From positions 1 through 60,947 of IMG/VR virus record IMGVR_UViG_3300030419_008000: DNA of 60,947 nt. One strand, given 5' to 3'. Positions 49,611 through 58,175 of the stretch are shown here, piece by piece. The notes below the pieces were generated by a model. That model did no database searches. It was not told the DNA's origin and was given only the letters and a program-made list of their open reading frames with translations. The stretch is from a virus. Taxonomy: Duplodnaviria > Caudoviricetes. The translations under genes were made by a program, and so were the position numbers. The stretch's first letter is position 1. Every line of letters starts with the position of its first letter.

Positions 49611-50581
49611 TATTCTCCCAAAAGAGGAAATTCTTGTCTTGAAATATCAGTATTTTGGTTAGCTGGGTGACCTTCACCCAAGTTTTGAAACTTGGTATCA
49701 AATTGCAACAAGTAATCCCAGAGCAAGACTGTTTGTCTTCTATATAAATCGTTTGTAGATGAGTTTCTCCAAGATTCATTATGAGCTTTATTAGCACCTT
49801 CAAAAGAGTGGCCTTTGTCAACTGGATTGCCATCAAATCCTACAAACTTTACTTCTTTTGCACCTAAAAAAGAGCCTAAACAAAGTAGTCGAGCGCCGGC
49901 GCCAAGTTTTGAAAAGTAACGAGGATGATAATAAAAAACTCTATTAGGATATCGATATTTAAATTCAACCATGTCTTCAGGTTTTTTAAATGGAGATACT
50001 CCACACTCAAAACCACATAAAGTGTCATGACTACTGAGATATTCATTGAACTCGTCATTATCTAAATCAACATTTCCACCAATAGTGACTAAATCAACAT
50101 TTAAGTTTTTCAATTTATCGTTCATAAAAAATTTAGTGCAAGACCAAATATAGTCATATTCTGTTTTTTCCCAATCAACATCCATGGTTGAGGGACCAGC
50201 AGCTACAACTAAAATTGTACTATCTTTATATTTTTTTAACGAATTCAAGTCTTGCAATATGTACTCGTCTTTTACAATTGTATTGTTCCCTAAGAAATCG
50301 CCGAACTTTTCAGAGACATGTTTAAGCCCCCAAAACGGATTGTCTTTGAAGTCCTCCTTTTGAGAAAAAAAGGAAAAGTCTTCTGGATTTTTATAAAAAT
50401 CTTGCTCTGGGCCAAAACAAGATCCTGTCTTAGTGTCATACCAAACATTTAGTGTCGGCTCTTGGCGAATAATATTAACATACCTCTGCCATGACATGAA
50501 CATTGATCGATCTATATCAACATCGTCGATAAAATCGCCATCTTTATAAATCTCTATACAATTGTTCCAATTCTTAGACAT
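49610..50581 (-). CDS. MAF/Cst-like putative nonulosonate transferase, paralog B
   Basis: ILVVAAGPS...IWSC...GAKEVKFVGFDG...HSFE; colinear with 42515-43498. Confidence 0.62.
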   Translation of the reverse strand: MSKNWNNCIEIYKDGDFIDDVDIDRSMFMSWQRYVNIIRQEPTLNVWYDTKTGSCFGPEQDFYKNPEDFSFFSQKEDFKDNPFWGLKHVSEKFGDFLGNNTIVKDEYILQDLNSLKKYKDSTILVVAAGPSTMDVDWEKTEYDYIWSCTKFFMNDKLKNLNVDLVTIGGNVDLDNDEFNEYLSSHDTLCGFECGVSPFKKPEDMVEFKYRYPNRVFYYHPRYFSKLGAGARLLCLGSFLGAKEVKFVGFDGNPVDKGHSFEGANKAHNESWRNSSTNDLYRRQTVLLWDYLLQFDTKFQNLGEGHPANQNTDISRQEFPLLGE

Positions 50582-51415
50582 TTAATATCCCCTCAGTTTT
50601 TTACGAACTTTTCTTTCTTCATCTGTAACTTTCTTAACACCGTCGCCATAAGCGATTTCTAATTCTCTAATTCCCTTAACAAGTTTGATGAGCCCTTGTG
50701 GCTCTACTGATGCCAAGTGGTCCGATCCCCACATCGTCCTGTCAAGCGTGATGTGTCTTTCAATAATTGTTGCTCCCAGATATACCGCTGCAACGCTAGT
50801 ACCCAGCCTAAATTCATGGCCACTATAGCCAACTTGACACTTATATCTTTGTCTTAGTGTCTGAATGCATCTCAAGTTTAAATCTTCGAGAGGTGCCGGA
50901 TAAGACGAATTGCAATGCAGAAGAGCAAAATCGCCACCCTCTTCAGACATCCACCTAACAGCCTTGTCTGTTTCTGATAAAGTACTCATGCCGGCGGAAA
51001 AAATAACCTTCTTTCCAGTTTGGGCAGACTCTCGCATCAACTTCTCGTTTGTAATCATAGCAGACGGAATTTTGATAAATGGAATATCATACTGCAATAA
51101 GAATTCTAGGCTATCCATATCCCACGGAGAGGCAGACCATTCAATTCCTTTCTCTCTGCAATATAAATCAATTTGATCATATTCTCTCTTTCCAAACTCC
51201 ATGCGGTATTTATAATCCAAATAGGTCATAGTGCCCCATGGTGTTTCTCGCATTACGTTCTTTTGATGTTCCGGAACGCATACATCTGGATTTCTTTTCT
51301 GGAATTTGACTGCATCGCATCCGGATAACGTTGCGACATCAATAAGCCTCTTGGCAATGTCTAAATCGCCGTTGTGGTTAATGCCAATTTCAGCAATAAT
51401 ATAAGTTTTACTCAT
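50582..51415 (-). CDS. neuB: second nonulosonic acid synthase (NeuB family, short, lacks the SAF domain)
   Basis: IIAEIGINHNGD, AVKFQKR, KIPSA, LLHCNSSYP, GYSGHE, IERHITLDR and GSDH..S.EP. Confidence 0.92.
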   Translation of the reverse strand: MSKTYIIAEIGINHNGDLDIAKRLIDVATLSGCDAVKFQKRNPDVCVPEHQKNVMRETPWGTMTYLDYKYRMEFGKREYDQIDLYCREKGIEWSASPWDMDSLEFLLQYDIPFIKIPSAMITNEKLMRESAQTGKKVIFSAGMSTLSETDKAVRWMSEEGGDFALLHCNSSYPAPLEDLNLRCIQTLRQRYKCQVGYSGHEFRLGTSVAAVYLGATIIERHITLDRTMWGSDHLASVEPQGLIKLVKGIRELEIAYGDGVKKVTDEERKVRKKLRGY

Positions 51416-51416
51416 T

Positions 51417-53483
51417 TTATAATTTTACCCTTGGAATTTTTTCATATAACGAACTTTTATCTGATGCCAGTTCTAGTTCAATATCCTTTTGTTGCAACCA
51501 TTCATAAAGAGGCTTTGAGGCTTCGCAAGTCAATGCTACTTCCCAAGACAAGATATCTCCTTTAATAAAGACATCTTCGTTTTTATAAAAGTGATCGTAT
51601 TCATCTGGATTCTTGGGATTTGTCTGACTAAGATCCCAGCCAATTGCCACTATTTTATCAACGCCTAAATGTTCTGCCATAAAAATAACCGTCTCATACA
51701 TAATTCCAGGTCCACACGGCCTATTAACATTGTTGCTTAGTGCAAATTCCTCAAATTTATTTGTTTTACAAACAAACTCATCATTAATTTTAGTGCGAAT
51801 GGGTATTTTAAAAAAGATATCATGTTTTTGATATTTGTTCCAGCGTTCACCCAAGCCATAGTTACTGCTAGCAACAACGATCGGCTCATGATCTGGATAT
51901 GTATAGTGTTCAAGCAAGGGAAAGCCGGTTGGAGCAGGAATGTTTGCACAATTCCAAAAATGAAAATCAACAATTTCTGGAGCTACTCTCTGAGCCTGCT
52001 TAACTGCAAAAACCAATTTGTCTCCTAGCTTTTCTTTAATAACTTCTGGATCATAATCTTTAAGTGACGGTCCGCAATTTAAAATATAACAAGTTTCTCC
52101 TTTGTAAGCATCTTTTAGTAAGTCTACTTTTTTCTGTAAAGAGTTGACACAATTAAGCTTCTTTTTTAAATGCCTGGTTTTGTCTTTAATAGGTGATAAA
52201 GAAGCAGCAGGTTTTTCATCAATTGTTTTTTTCAACTTTTCAAACAATAGCTCTCCCACATCATAGCTTGAATATTTACCATTTAAAATATAATTATACG
52301 ACGACACACCGTGAGTTGTCAAGCTGTTTGTATTATTTTTCCAAAGATTGTAAGCTTTTCGTAATTGTTCACGACCACTGTTAATGTGGCACTCAAACCA
52401 TTGCCCATCACAACCATAAGGTGTCATAGAATATGTGCACGTATCCCAATGACCGTTAACAAAAAATGCATTTTCTGGGTTTATATAATCAACATGGCCG
52501 CCTTCAGCGGATACCATCACAGGCTTTTTCGACATTATCGCTTCTGCAATCGGGAGGCCAAATCCTTCGCCGCGGGAGAAGAGGGCAAAGATGCTGGCTT
52601 GTTGATATAACCATCGAATTTTTTCAATTGCAATAAATCCAGGAATTAACAATATATTGTTTACAGAAGGTGGAGAATTAAGCGGCCCATCCATCAACAA
52701 AGAGTGACGAAGCATCTTTACATCTCTTGCAATGCTTTCTTTATCTCCCTCGGGCCCTCCATAAGTTTTGATTATTAAAACTGCATCTTCATTGTTTCCA
52801 AATTCAGCAGTAAATGATTTGATCAAGTTATCAAAACCTTTTCTTTTGGTCCATTGTGAAATAGTAAGCACAACAAACTTATCAGCTAGATTAACTGGTA
52901 AGTTGATTGGTTTAATACCAGAATTAATTGGTATTCCTTTACTATCTGTGGGAATTATTACTGGTTCTATTACATGCTGTACAACATCGCATGGAATGTT
53001 AGGAACACTATTTTCAAACACAGACTTATTCCATTGACACGGAACAATAATTCGATCAGGCTTAAGGTACTCATAGTCTCTTTGCCACTCTTGTGGAACA
53101 GCATCGGTTTCCCAAACAGTCAAATTAACATTTTGTGTTGAATTTTTATGCAACTTCATCAAAGATGCGCTACAACCGGGAGAGGGTCTAAATCTTTCAT
53201 CCGTAAATGTTGTTAGCGGAGGAGGCATGTGCCATAAAAACAAATAATCCTTCATTAACATATCAGAAATGTCGTCATCATTGTGAAATTCATATTTAGA
53301 CAACAATTGTAATTCATCTTCAGAAAGCCTGTTTGATTCGGCAATAACAGGTGTATAGACTTTGAGATTAAAAGCACCAGGATGCTTCTGCAGGTATGTA
53401 TCTAGAGCCTTGAGATAGCCTCTCGCAGCCACAGCATATCCAGTTGAATCTCTTAATTGAGCAGCATAAACAACATTCATCAA
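51417..53483 (-). CDS. fusion of a GT4 glycosyltransferase (N-terminal) and a MAF-like transferase domain (C-terminal)
   Basis: TGYAVAAR, VWET, RKG and SRGEGFGLPIAEA (GT4 EX7E); then CYILNCGPSL...GVDKIVAIGWDL...HFY. Confidence 0.8.
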   Translation of the reverse strand: MMNVVYAAQLRDSTGYAVAARGYLKALDTYLQKHPGAFNLKVYTPVIAESNRLSEDELQLLSKYEFHNDDDISDMLMKDYLFLWHMPPPLTTFTDERFRPSPGCSASLMKLHKNSTQNVNLTVWETDAVPQEWQRDYEYLKPDRIIVPCQWNKSVFENSVPNIPCDVVQHVIEPVIIPTDSKGIPINSGIKPINLPVNLADKFVVLTISQWTKRKGFDNLIKSFTAEFGNNEDAVLIIKTYGGPEGDKESIARDVKMLRHSLLMDGPLNSPPSVNNILLIPGFIAIEKIRWLYQQASIFALFSRGEGFGLPIAEAIMSKKPVMVSAEGGHVDYINPENAFFVNGHWDTCTYSMTPYGCDGQWFECHINSGREQLRKAYNLWKNNTNSLTTHGVSSYNYILNGKYSSYDVGELLFEKLKKTIDEKPAASLSPIKDKTRHLKKKLNCVNSLQKKVDLLKDAYKGETCYILNCGPSLKDYDPEVIKEKLGDKLVFAVKQAQRVAPEIVDFHFWNCANIPAPTGFPLLEHYTYPDHEPIVVASSNYGLGERWNKYQKHDIFFKIPIRTKINDEFVCKTNKFEEFALSNNVNRPCGPGIMYETVIFMAEHLGVDKIVAIGWDLSQTNPKNPDEYDHFYKNEDVFIKGDILSWEVALTCEASKPLYEWLQQKDIELELASDKSSLYEKIPRVKL

Positions 53484-54736
53484 ACTACCATAACTACTTG
53501 ATCATCGTCCATAACGCTACTATCTGATCCTAAGTCTATACATGCATTGACAAACTCGTCATACATTTTTTCAGCTGTAAAATTTTCCGTAATATACTTC
53601 TTTAGTTTTTTTGCCTCCCCTAAGTGAAAGCTATAGTTTTTGTACATATTTCTTAAACATGATTTATAACTTTTTTCCTTTGGATAACACCACATTGACT
53701 CTGCGGGCAATACACCTTTCCAAACAATATCTTTAGGAATTTTATCAAGTGCATACTCCACTTTACTAAAGCACGCTCTTACGCGAGTCTTTTTAGTTTT
53801 TTTATTAGTAATTGGCGCGAATAGATAATCGCACTGGCCGCTCCAGGCTGGTGCAATAATTGGCAATCCATAATACGCAGCTTCAAAGATAGGTAAGCCA
53901 TATCCTTCCCCGTGAGTCAAAATTGTAAAAGCCTTGATTTTTGGATGATTATAAAGACCAGTCATTTCTTCATCTGTCATATCTCCATGCAACAAGTAAA
54001 CTTTGCATTTTCTTTGTGTTGCGGTTCTAGATAACAATTCTTGTATTTTTCTATAACAAAGATCATAATCCATGTAACAATTTTTTGCAATGTTAGCCTT
54101 AACTACAAGACCGACTTCCTGGTCTTTAAATTCTTCAATAAACCATCTAATGGTGTTTTTAAGATTTTTTCTCGGGCCCCATTGTGCTACGCAAAGAAAA
54201 TTGAAATCATATTCTAAATCTAGATCTAAATCTTTCTTTTCATAATTGCGTACAGGGTAGTTAACAACATCGATTGGCGTTGTTAGGAAAAACGGCACAG
54301 GCTCATTAGAGCCCTCTTCTTGCGTGAAATACTTTGTATCTTCATAAACGTTCTTTGAGTGATTTGAAACCACAATAAGCTTATCCATCGCATTGCCGGC
54401 CTCAATCCACTCTGGTGCGACCATGGTGGTTTCTATACCGGCGGTATAGCCAATGTTTATAGGCGCCATATTTTGAAATTCATTTGGAATAGTGACCTGT
54501 AACGACATATCAAATCGACCGCCAGACTGAACATGTTCCGATGTTTTCATGATCATCTCATCAATCCACTGCCTCTCTTCCGTATCGTCTGGAATCCAAG
54601 AGGTCTGACCCCAATTGATTGTAGTAACATATATATCGAACATATTACTAGATCGAAGTGCTCTGAGTGCAAACCTTGCTTGCTCGCCATATCCGGATCG
54701 AGTTAGCACTGGACCCTTAACAATAATTTTTTTCAT
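53480..54736 (-). CDS. GT4 family glycosyltransferase
   Basis: SGYGEQAR, TAGIET, QW..RKN and THGEGYGLPIFEA. Confidence 0.88.
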   Translation of the reverse strand: MKKIIVKGPVLTRSGYGEQARFALRALRSSNMFDIYVTTINWGQTSWIPDDTEERQWIDEMIMKTSEHVQSGGRFDMSLQVTIPNEFQNMAPINIGYTAGIETTMVAPEWIEAGNAMDKLIVVSNHSKNVYEDTKYFTQEEGSNEPVPFFLTTPIDVVNYPVRNYEKKDLDLDLEYDFNFLCVAQWGPRKNLKNTIRWFIEEFKDQEVGLVVKANIAKNCYMDYDLCYRKIQELLSRTATQRKCKVYLLHGDMTDEEMTGLYNHPKIKAFTILTHGEGYGLPIFEAAYYGLPIIAPAWSGQCDYLFAPITNKKTKKTRVRACFSKVEYALDKIPKDIVWKGVLPAESMWCYPKEKSYKSCLRNMYKNYSFHLGEAKKLKKYITENFTAEKMYDEFVNACIDLGSDSSVMDDDQVVMVV

Positions 54737-56025
54737 GCTACTTTTTCAAACCCCTCTGGTAATGTAACTTCTTCAAAGCGCCAGCTAACGAATCCCTCTC
54801 TGTTTTCCCAGGATCCGTGTTTTTCAATTGTATTATCGATCAATTCAACCCATCGGCTTTCAAATTGTTCAAAATTGTAGTTATTCAAGACGTGTTGCCG
54901 GCATTTCTTGCCTAACTCTTTTCTTTCTTTTTTGGTCATGTTGTGCATCTTTAAAAGTGCATCGATAAAATCTTGCTTAGAGATTCTATCTTCATAAATA
55001 TATGGTACAACTTGAGAGCCAATTATTGCCTTAGATGATGGTTCAATGCCAACTCCAAACCACTGGGTTCCATCGGTAACCTGTTCTTGCAAGCCGCCAG
55101 TCATATTAACGATAATTGGAGTTTCGCAAGCAAGAGATTCAAGCGTAGCTAAACCAAAGCCCTCTGCATCTGAAATATTGAGCGTGCAATCGGCCATATT
55201 ATACATTTTTGCCAAAACTTTTGGATCCACCTTATTGTGCGATATAAGTATTTCACCATTAATCAATTCTAGCTCTTCGATAATTGCATACAAGTCTTGT
55301 CCATTAGGATCTTTTGGATCAGTGTGCATTACCAGCCTTGCTTTATCTTTACCAACAATATCTAAAAACTCTTTAAACCAAAACATCAAAGTTCCCGACT
55401 GTTTTCTGCGTGCGTTTCTATTGTTCCAAAAAAACGTTGTTACATCAGAACTAATCGGCATGCCAAAACCATCAGTTGCAAAATCTTTAACCTTCTTGTC
55501 TGGAAGTTTCTTAAATACCTCTGTATCGACGCTATGTGGCATATAATATGATTCAACATCGGGAGCCACAGATTTTACGATATTGTGTGTAACTTTAGAG
55601 ATACATGCAATTACATCGTTAGACATATAATACTTTCGATTAAATTTCGGTGGGGGATAGTTATCCCAAACATGATAATACACCATCGGACACAAAGCTC
55701 TAATCTCGCCTTCAATTTCCCAAAGCCAAGACCAAAATCTTGGATCAGTCATGAACCAAACCATGTCTGGTTTGTTCGTATGCATAATAGAACGTATGAC
55801 TTCATGGTTTCCATAGCCATCAATCGGTTGAATAATCCAATCTTGCCCATATGGTTGAACTGTAATTGGTTCATAATTTTCATGTTTGATTGCACCACCG
55901 AGGCAATAAAACTGATATCTTCCAGTCTTTAGCAGAGCTTCAATTACATACTTTGTTTGTGTCCCCACTCCAGATGGAGATAGTGGGTGGTCTGATAAGA
56001 CCAAAATCTTCTTTTTTTCCGTCAT
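54733..56025 (-). CDS. GT4 family glycosyltransferase (start re-assigned to MTEKKK)
   Basis: KILVLSDHP...SGVG, NRNARRK and SDAEGFGLATLES...GGL.EQV. GAGG SD at 56031-56034 supports the ATG at 56025. Confidence 0.88.
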   Translation of the reverse strand: MTEKKKILVLSDHPLSPSGVGTQTKYVIEALLKTGRYQFYCLGGAIKHENYEPITVQPYGQDWIIQPIDGYGNHEVIRSIMHTNKPDMVWFMTDPRFWSWLWEIEGEIRALCPMVYYHVWDNYPPPKFNRKYYMSNDVIACISKVTHNIVKSVAPDVESYYMPHSVDTEVFKKLPDKKVKDFATDGFGMPISSDVTTFFWNNRNARRKQSGTLMFWFKEFLDIVGKDKARLVMHTDPKDPNGQDLYAIIEELELINGEILISHNKVDPKVLAKMYNMADCTLNISDAEGFGLATLESLACETPIIVNMTGGLQEQVTDGTQWFGVGIEPSSKAIIGSQVVPYIYEDRISKQDFIDALLKMHNMTKKERKELGKKCRQHVLNNYNFEQFESRWVELIDNTIEKHGSWENREGFVSWRFEEVTLPEGFEKVA

Positions 56026-56032
56026 TTGTTCC

Positions 56033-56809
56033 TCATGGACAGTGTTCTGTTTTGCAAAACTCACATTTGCTGCACGATGTCTTGTTCTTTATGTGCCTCT
56101 TGCTTGTGATATTATAAACCGCTTTTGCAAGTAATTTAAGGGCATTTTCGGTTTTTTTTGGACCGCTAGTAACTCGAAAAATCTCCACACGGTTATTTTT
56201 AGCTGTTCGTTTCAAAAGAGCAAAGTGTGTCTCGATCATCGAGGGGTCAATATCATGTTTTTTGGCAAAATAGTACTTATATAGCGTTAATTGATATGTG
56301 ACCATCTTTTCGGATCTTTTTCGAGCATCCCAGCCCCAAGAACACGTTTTCCAGTCAATAATATGGTATTTTCCGTCATTTGTGCGCACAACTAGGTCAA
56401 TATACCCTTTAAAATTGTATTCCTTGGCAATTGCATTATCCATCGGCTCATACAGTCTTTCTTCTGTTGATACCACCTCATAGTCCTCAAAATAGTCCTC
56501 TAAGGCCGGAAATACCTCTGGTATTATCGATTTTCCTTGCTCGCGCATGGCTTTTACAAGATTATCGTTCAATTGAAGGTCATCTGGCAGTGAAATTAGC
56601 TCTTCAAGGAACTTTTTCATGAAAAAACCCGCCTGATCCTCTTCATTAAGCTGTTTTAAGGCAGTTTTTTCACAAACTTCGTGCATAGCAGTACCAAAAG
56701 CAGTATATTCATTGCCTTGGAAGCCTTTTAGCTTATCAATGTTTACTAATTTGTGATAAAACGGGCAAAAAACCCAATTTTTAAGCTCAGAAAATGAAAT
56801 ATGAGCCAA
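56033..56809 (-). CDS. PD-(D/E)XK exonuclease, Cas4/AddB-like with Fe-S cysteines (start re-assigned to TTG 56809)
   Basis: ISFSEL...CP, GTAMH, E...KGYIDL...IIDWKT, QL.LY and C-terminal CSKCEFC....CP. GAGGTG SD just upstream of the TTG. Confidence 0.87.
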   Translation of the reverse strand: MAHISFSELKNWVFCPFYHKLVNIDKLKGFQGNEYTAFGTAMHEVCEKTALKQLNEEDQAGFFMKKFLEELISLPDDLQLNDNLVKAMREQGKSIIPEVFPALEDYFEDYEVVSTEERLYEPMDNAIAKEYNFKGYIDLVVRTNDGKYHIIDWKTCSWGWDARKRSEKMVTYQLTLYKYYFAKKHDIDPSMIETHFALLKRTAKNNRVEIFRVTSGPKKTENALKLLAKAVYNITSKRHIKNKTSCSKCEFCKTEHCP

Positions 56810-56810
56810 A

Positions 56811-57164
56811 TTACACCTCAGATTCGGTTTTTTCGTCAGATTTTTTTGCTGATGTAGTTGTTTTTCTGGGTCGTCGGGGCGTTGTAGCCTTTTTTGGTGC
56901 GCGAGGGGTCTTTTTAGGCGCCTCGGGCATCTCAAAGCGCCATAATCCACTACATGCGTTTTCATAACTACTATTAATTGTTGATCGTTTAAGTAGGCGA
57001 CCAACTTTTACTCCCTTATCAGCAAGAATTGCTCGTACTTCGGGCACACCAATGTACACAGCCTCTTGTAAGCCAAGTTCGGTACCATCGTGGACTACTG
57101 GGTCGACCTCGATGTGCACATGAATTTGACACGTTTCTTTATCTTCTTTAATATTCACTTTCAT
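56811..57164 (-). CDS. hypothetical protein (117 aa) with a basic Lys/Pro/Thr-rich tail
   Basis: PKKTPRAPKKATTPRRPRKTTTSAKK; GAGG upstream; tiles between neighbours. Confidence 0.65.
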   Translation of the reverse strand: MKVNIKEDKETCQIHVHIEVDPVVHDGTELGLQEAVYIGVPEVRAILADKGVKVGRLLKRSTINSSYENACSGLWRFEMPEAPKKTPRAPKKATTPRRPRKTTTSAKKSDEKTESEV

Positions 57165-57834
57165 AATTTACTAATTCCTCTATTTTTTTATATAAAAATG
57201 GACTTACAGTTCTCAAATATTCACGATCGCCCATTAAGTACTCAACAAATCCAGTTGCAAAGTATTCTCTTATATCTGTTATTGAGTATGGACTTATAAA
57301 AAGGCCCATTGCTAAATTGGTTAGATGATCATACCCGATTTGTTTATATAAATAGTCATCAAATTTTTGAGTATGAGTAATGGTCATAAACCTTTCTGAA
57401 TTAACATCTATTCCTTGATTTTTCATAATAAAGTATAGTCGTTTTCTCTTTCCTAAAAATTCAAGTTCAATATCATCGTCACCATATATCAAAGATCCAA
57501 ATTCTGAATCTTCAATTGAATGTGCTACTTCATGTACAATGTCATCAATCATGTCGTCATCATCGTCTTGTTCGTTTGTAACAAAAATCGATGCATCTTT
57601 AAACATGGAATTGATGTCTCTGTCTTCGAAATCTTTAAATTGACCAATATATACCATATCAATTTCATTTGTAAGGTGACGAGGGATAAGAGTCTCTACA
57701 GATACAATTACATTTTTAATGTTAATATGATCAGGAACATGGTCTTTGATAAAAACCATTGTGTTTCCAAATATAGTAAACTCTCTTTGAAGTTTGTTGT
57801 ATTCAAAAAGCGATTTTTGAATATAATCAATCAT
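57148..57834 (-). CDS. zincin-like metalloprotein (HExxH); start re-assigned to MIDYIQ
   Basis: IVHEVAHSIE and downstream IREYFATGF. Confidence 0.68.
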   Translation of the reverse strand: MIDYIQKSLFEYNKLQREFTIFGNTMVFIKDHVPDHINIKNVIVSVETLIPRHLTNEIDMVYIGQFKDFEDRDINSMFKDASIFVTNEQDDDDDMIDDIVHEVAHSIEDSEFGSLIYGDDDIELEFLGKRKRLYFIMKNQGIDVNSERFMTITHTQKFDDYLYKQIGYDHLTNLAMGLFISPYSITDIREYFATGFVEYLMGDREYLRTVSPFLYKKIEELVNYESEY

Positions 57835-58123
57835 CTTCTCGTTCTTTAGGGGCAACGACATCTCTTGCCATGGCACGTTCATATTCAGCATGCCCGATCT
57901 CTACATCTTCTAGCGCCTGATGGTATCCCCTGATCCAGTTTTCCTCTGCAACAGCCATTAGAAACTCTGGAAATTCTTGTGACATTGTTTCGATGATCAT
58001 TTCTACTGTTACGTCTCCATCTTCTGGGTCGTTTTTGTCGCCGACATAATTAACGAGCCACTTTTTCATCTCAGTATCTACTTCTACAGTTTCGGTTAAT
58101 GTTGGGTTCTCACCTAAGTCCAT
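57827..58123 (-). CDS. acidic hypothetical protein (98 aa)
   Basis: AAGGAG SD; first gene after the sigma70-type promoter. Confidence 0.75.
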   Translation of the reverse strand: MDLGENPTLTETVEVDTEMKKWLVNYVGDKNDPEDGDVTVEMIIETMSQEFPEFLMAVAEENWIRGYHQALEDVEIGHAEYERAMARDVVAPKEREDD

Positions 58124-58141
58124 AATGTTCTCCTTTTAACT

Positions 58142-58170
58142 AATATAACACCAATATTAATAATTGTCAA
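58142..58170 (-). promoter_or_regulatory. sigma70-type promoter TTGACA-N17-TATATT with extended -10 TG
   Basis: -35 at 58165-58170, -10 at 58142-58147 preceded by TGT. Confidence 0.82.
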
Positions 58171-58175
58171 CTAAA

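Noticed and set aside
40389-56025. DNA hypermodification as the role of the GTs and dioxygenase
   Set aside because: The dioxygenase is PhyH-like rather than TET/JBP-like, and no hydroxymethylase or nucleotide kinase is adjacent. It is disfavoured but not formally excluded.
56810-57004. N-terminal extension of the 323-aa nuclease ORF
   Set aside because: It overlaps the 117-aa gene. An SD-supported TTG at 56809 gives a typical N-terminus. Similar over-extensions were trimmed at 56064 and 57891.
57349-57355. CTATTTA copy inside the zincin ORF (also one near 25727)
   Set aside because: Intragenic and far from start codons, as expected by chance in AT-rich DNA.
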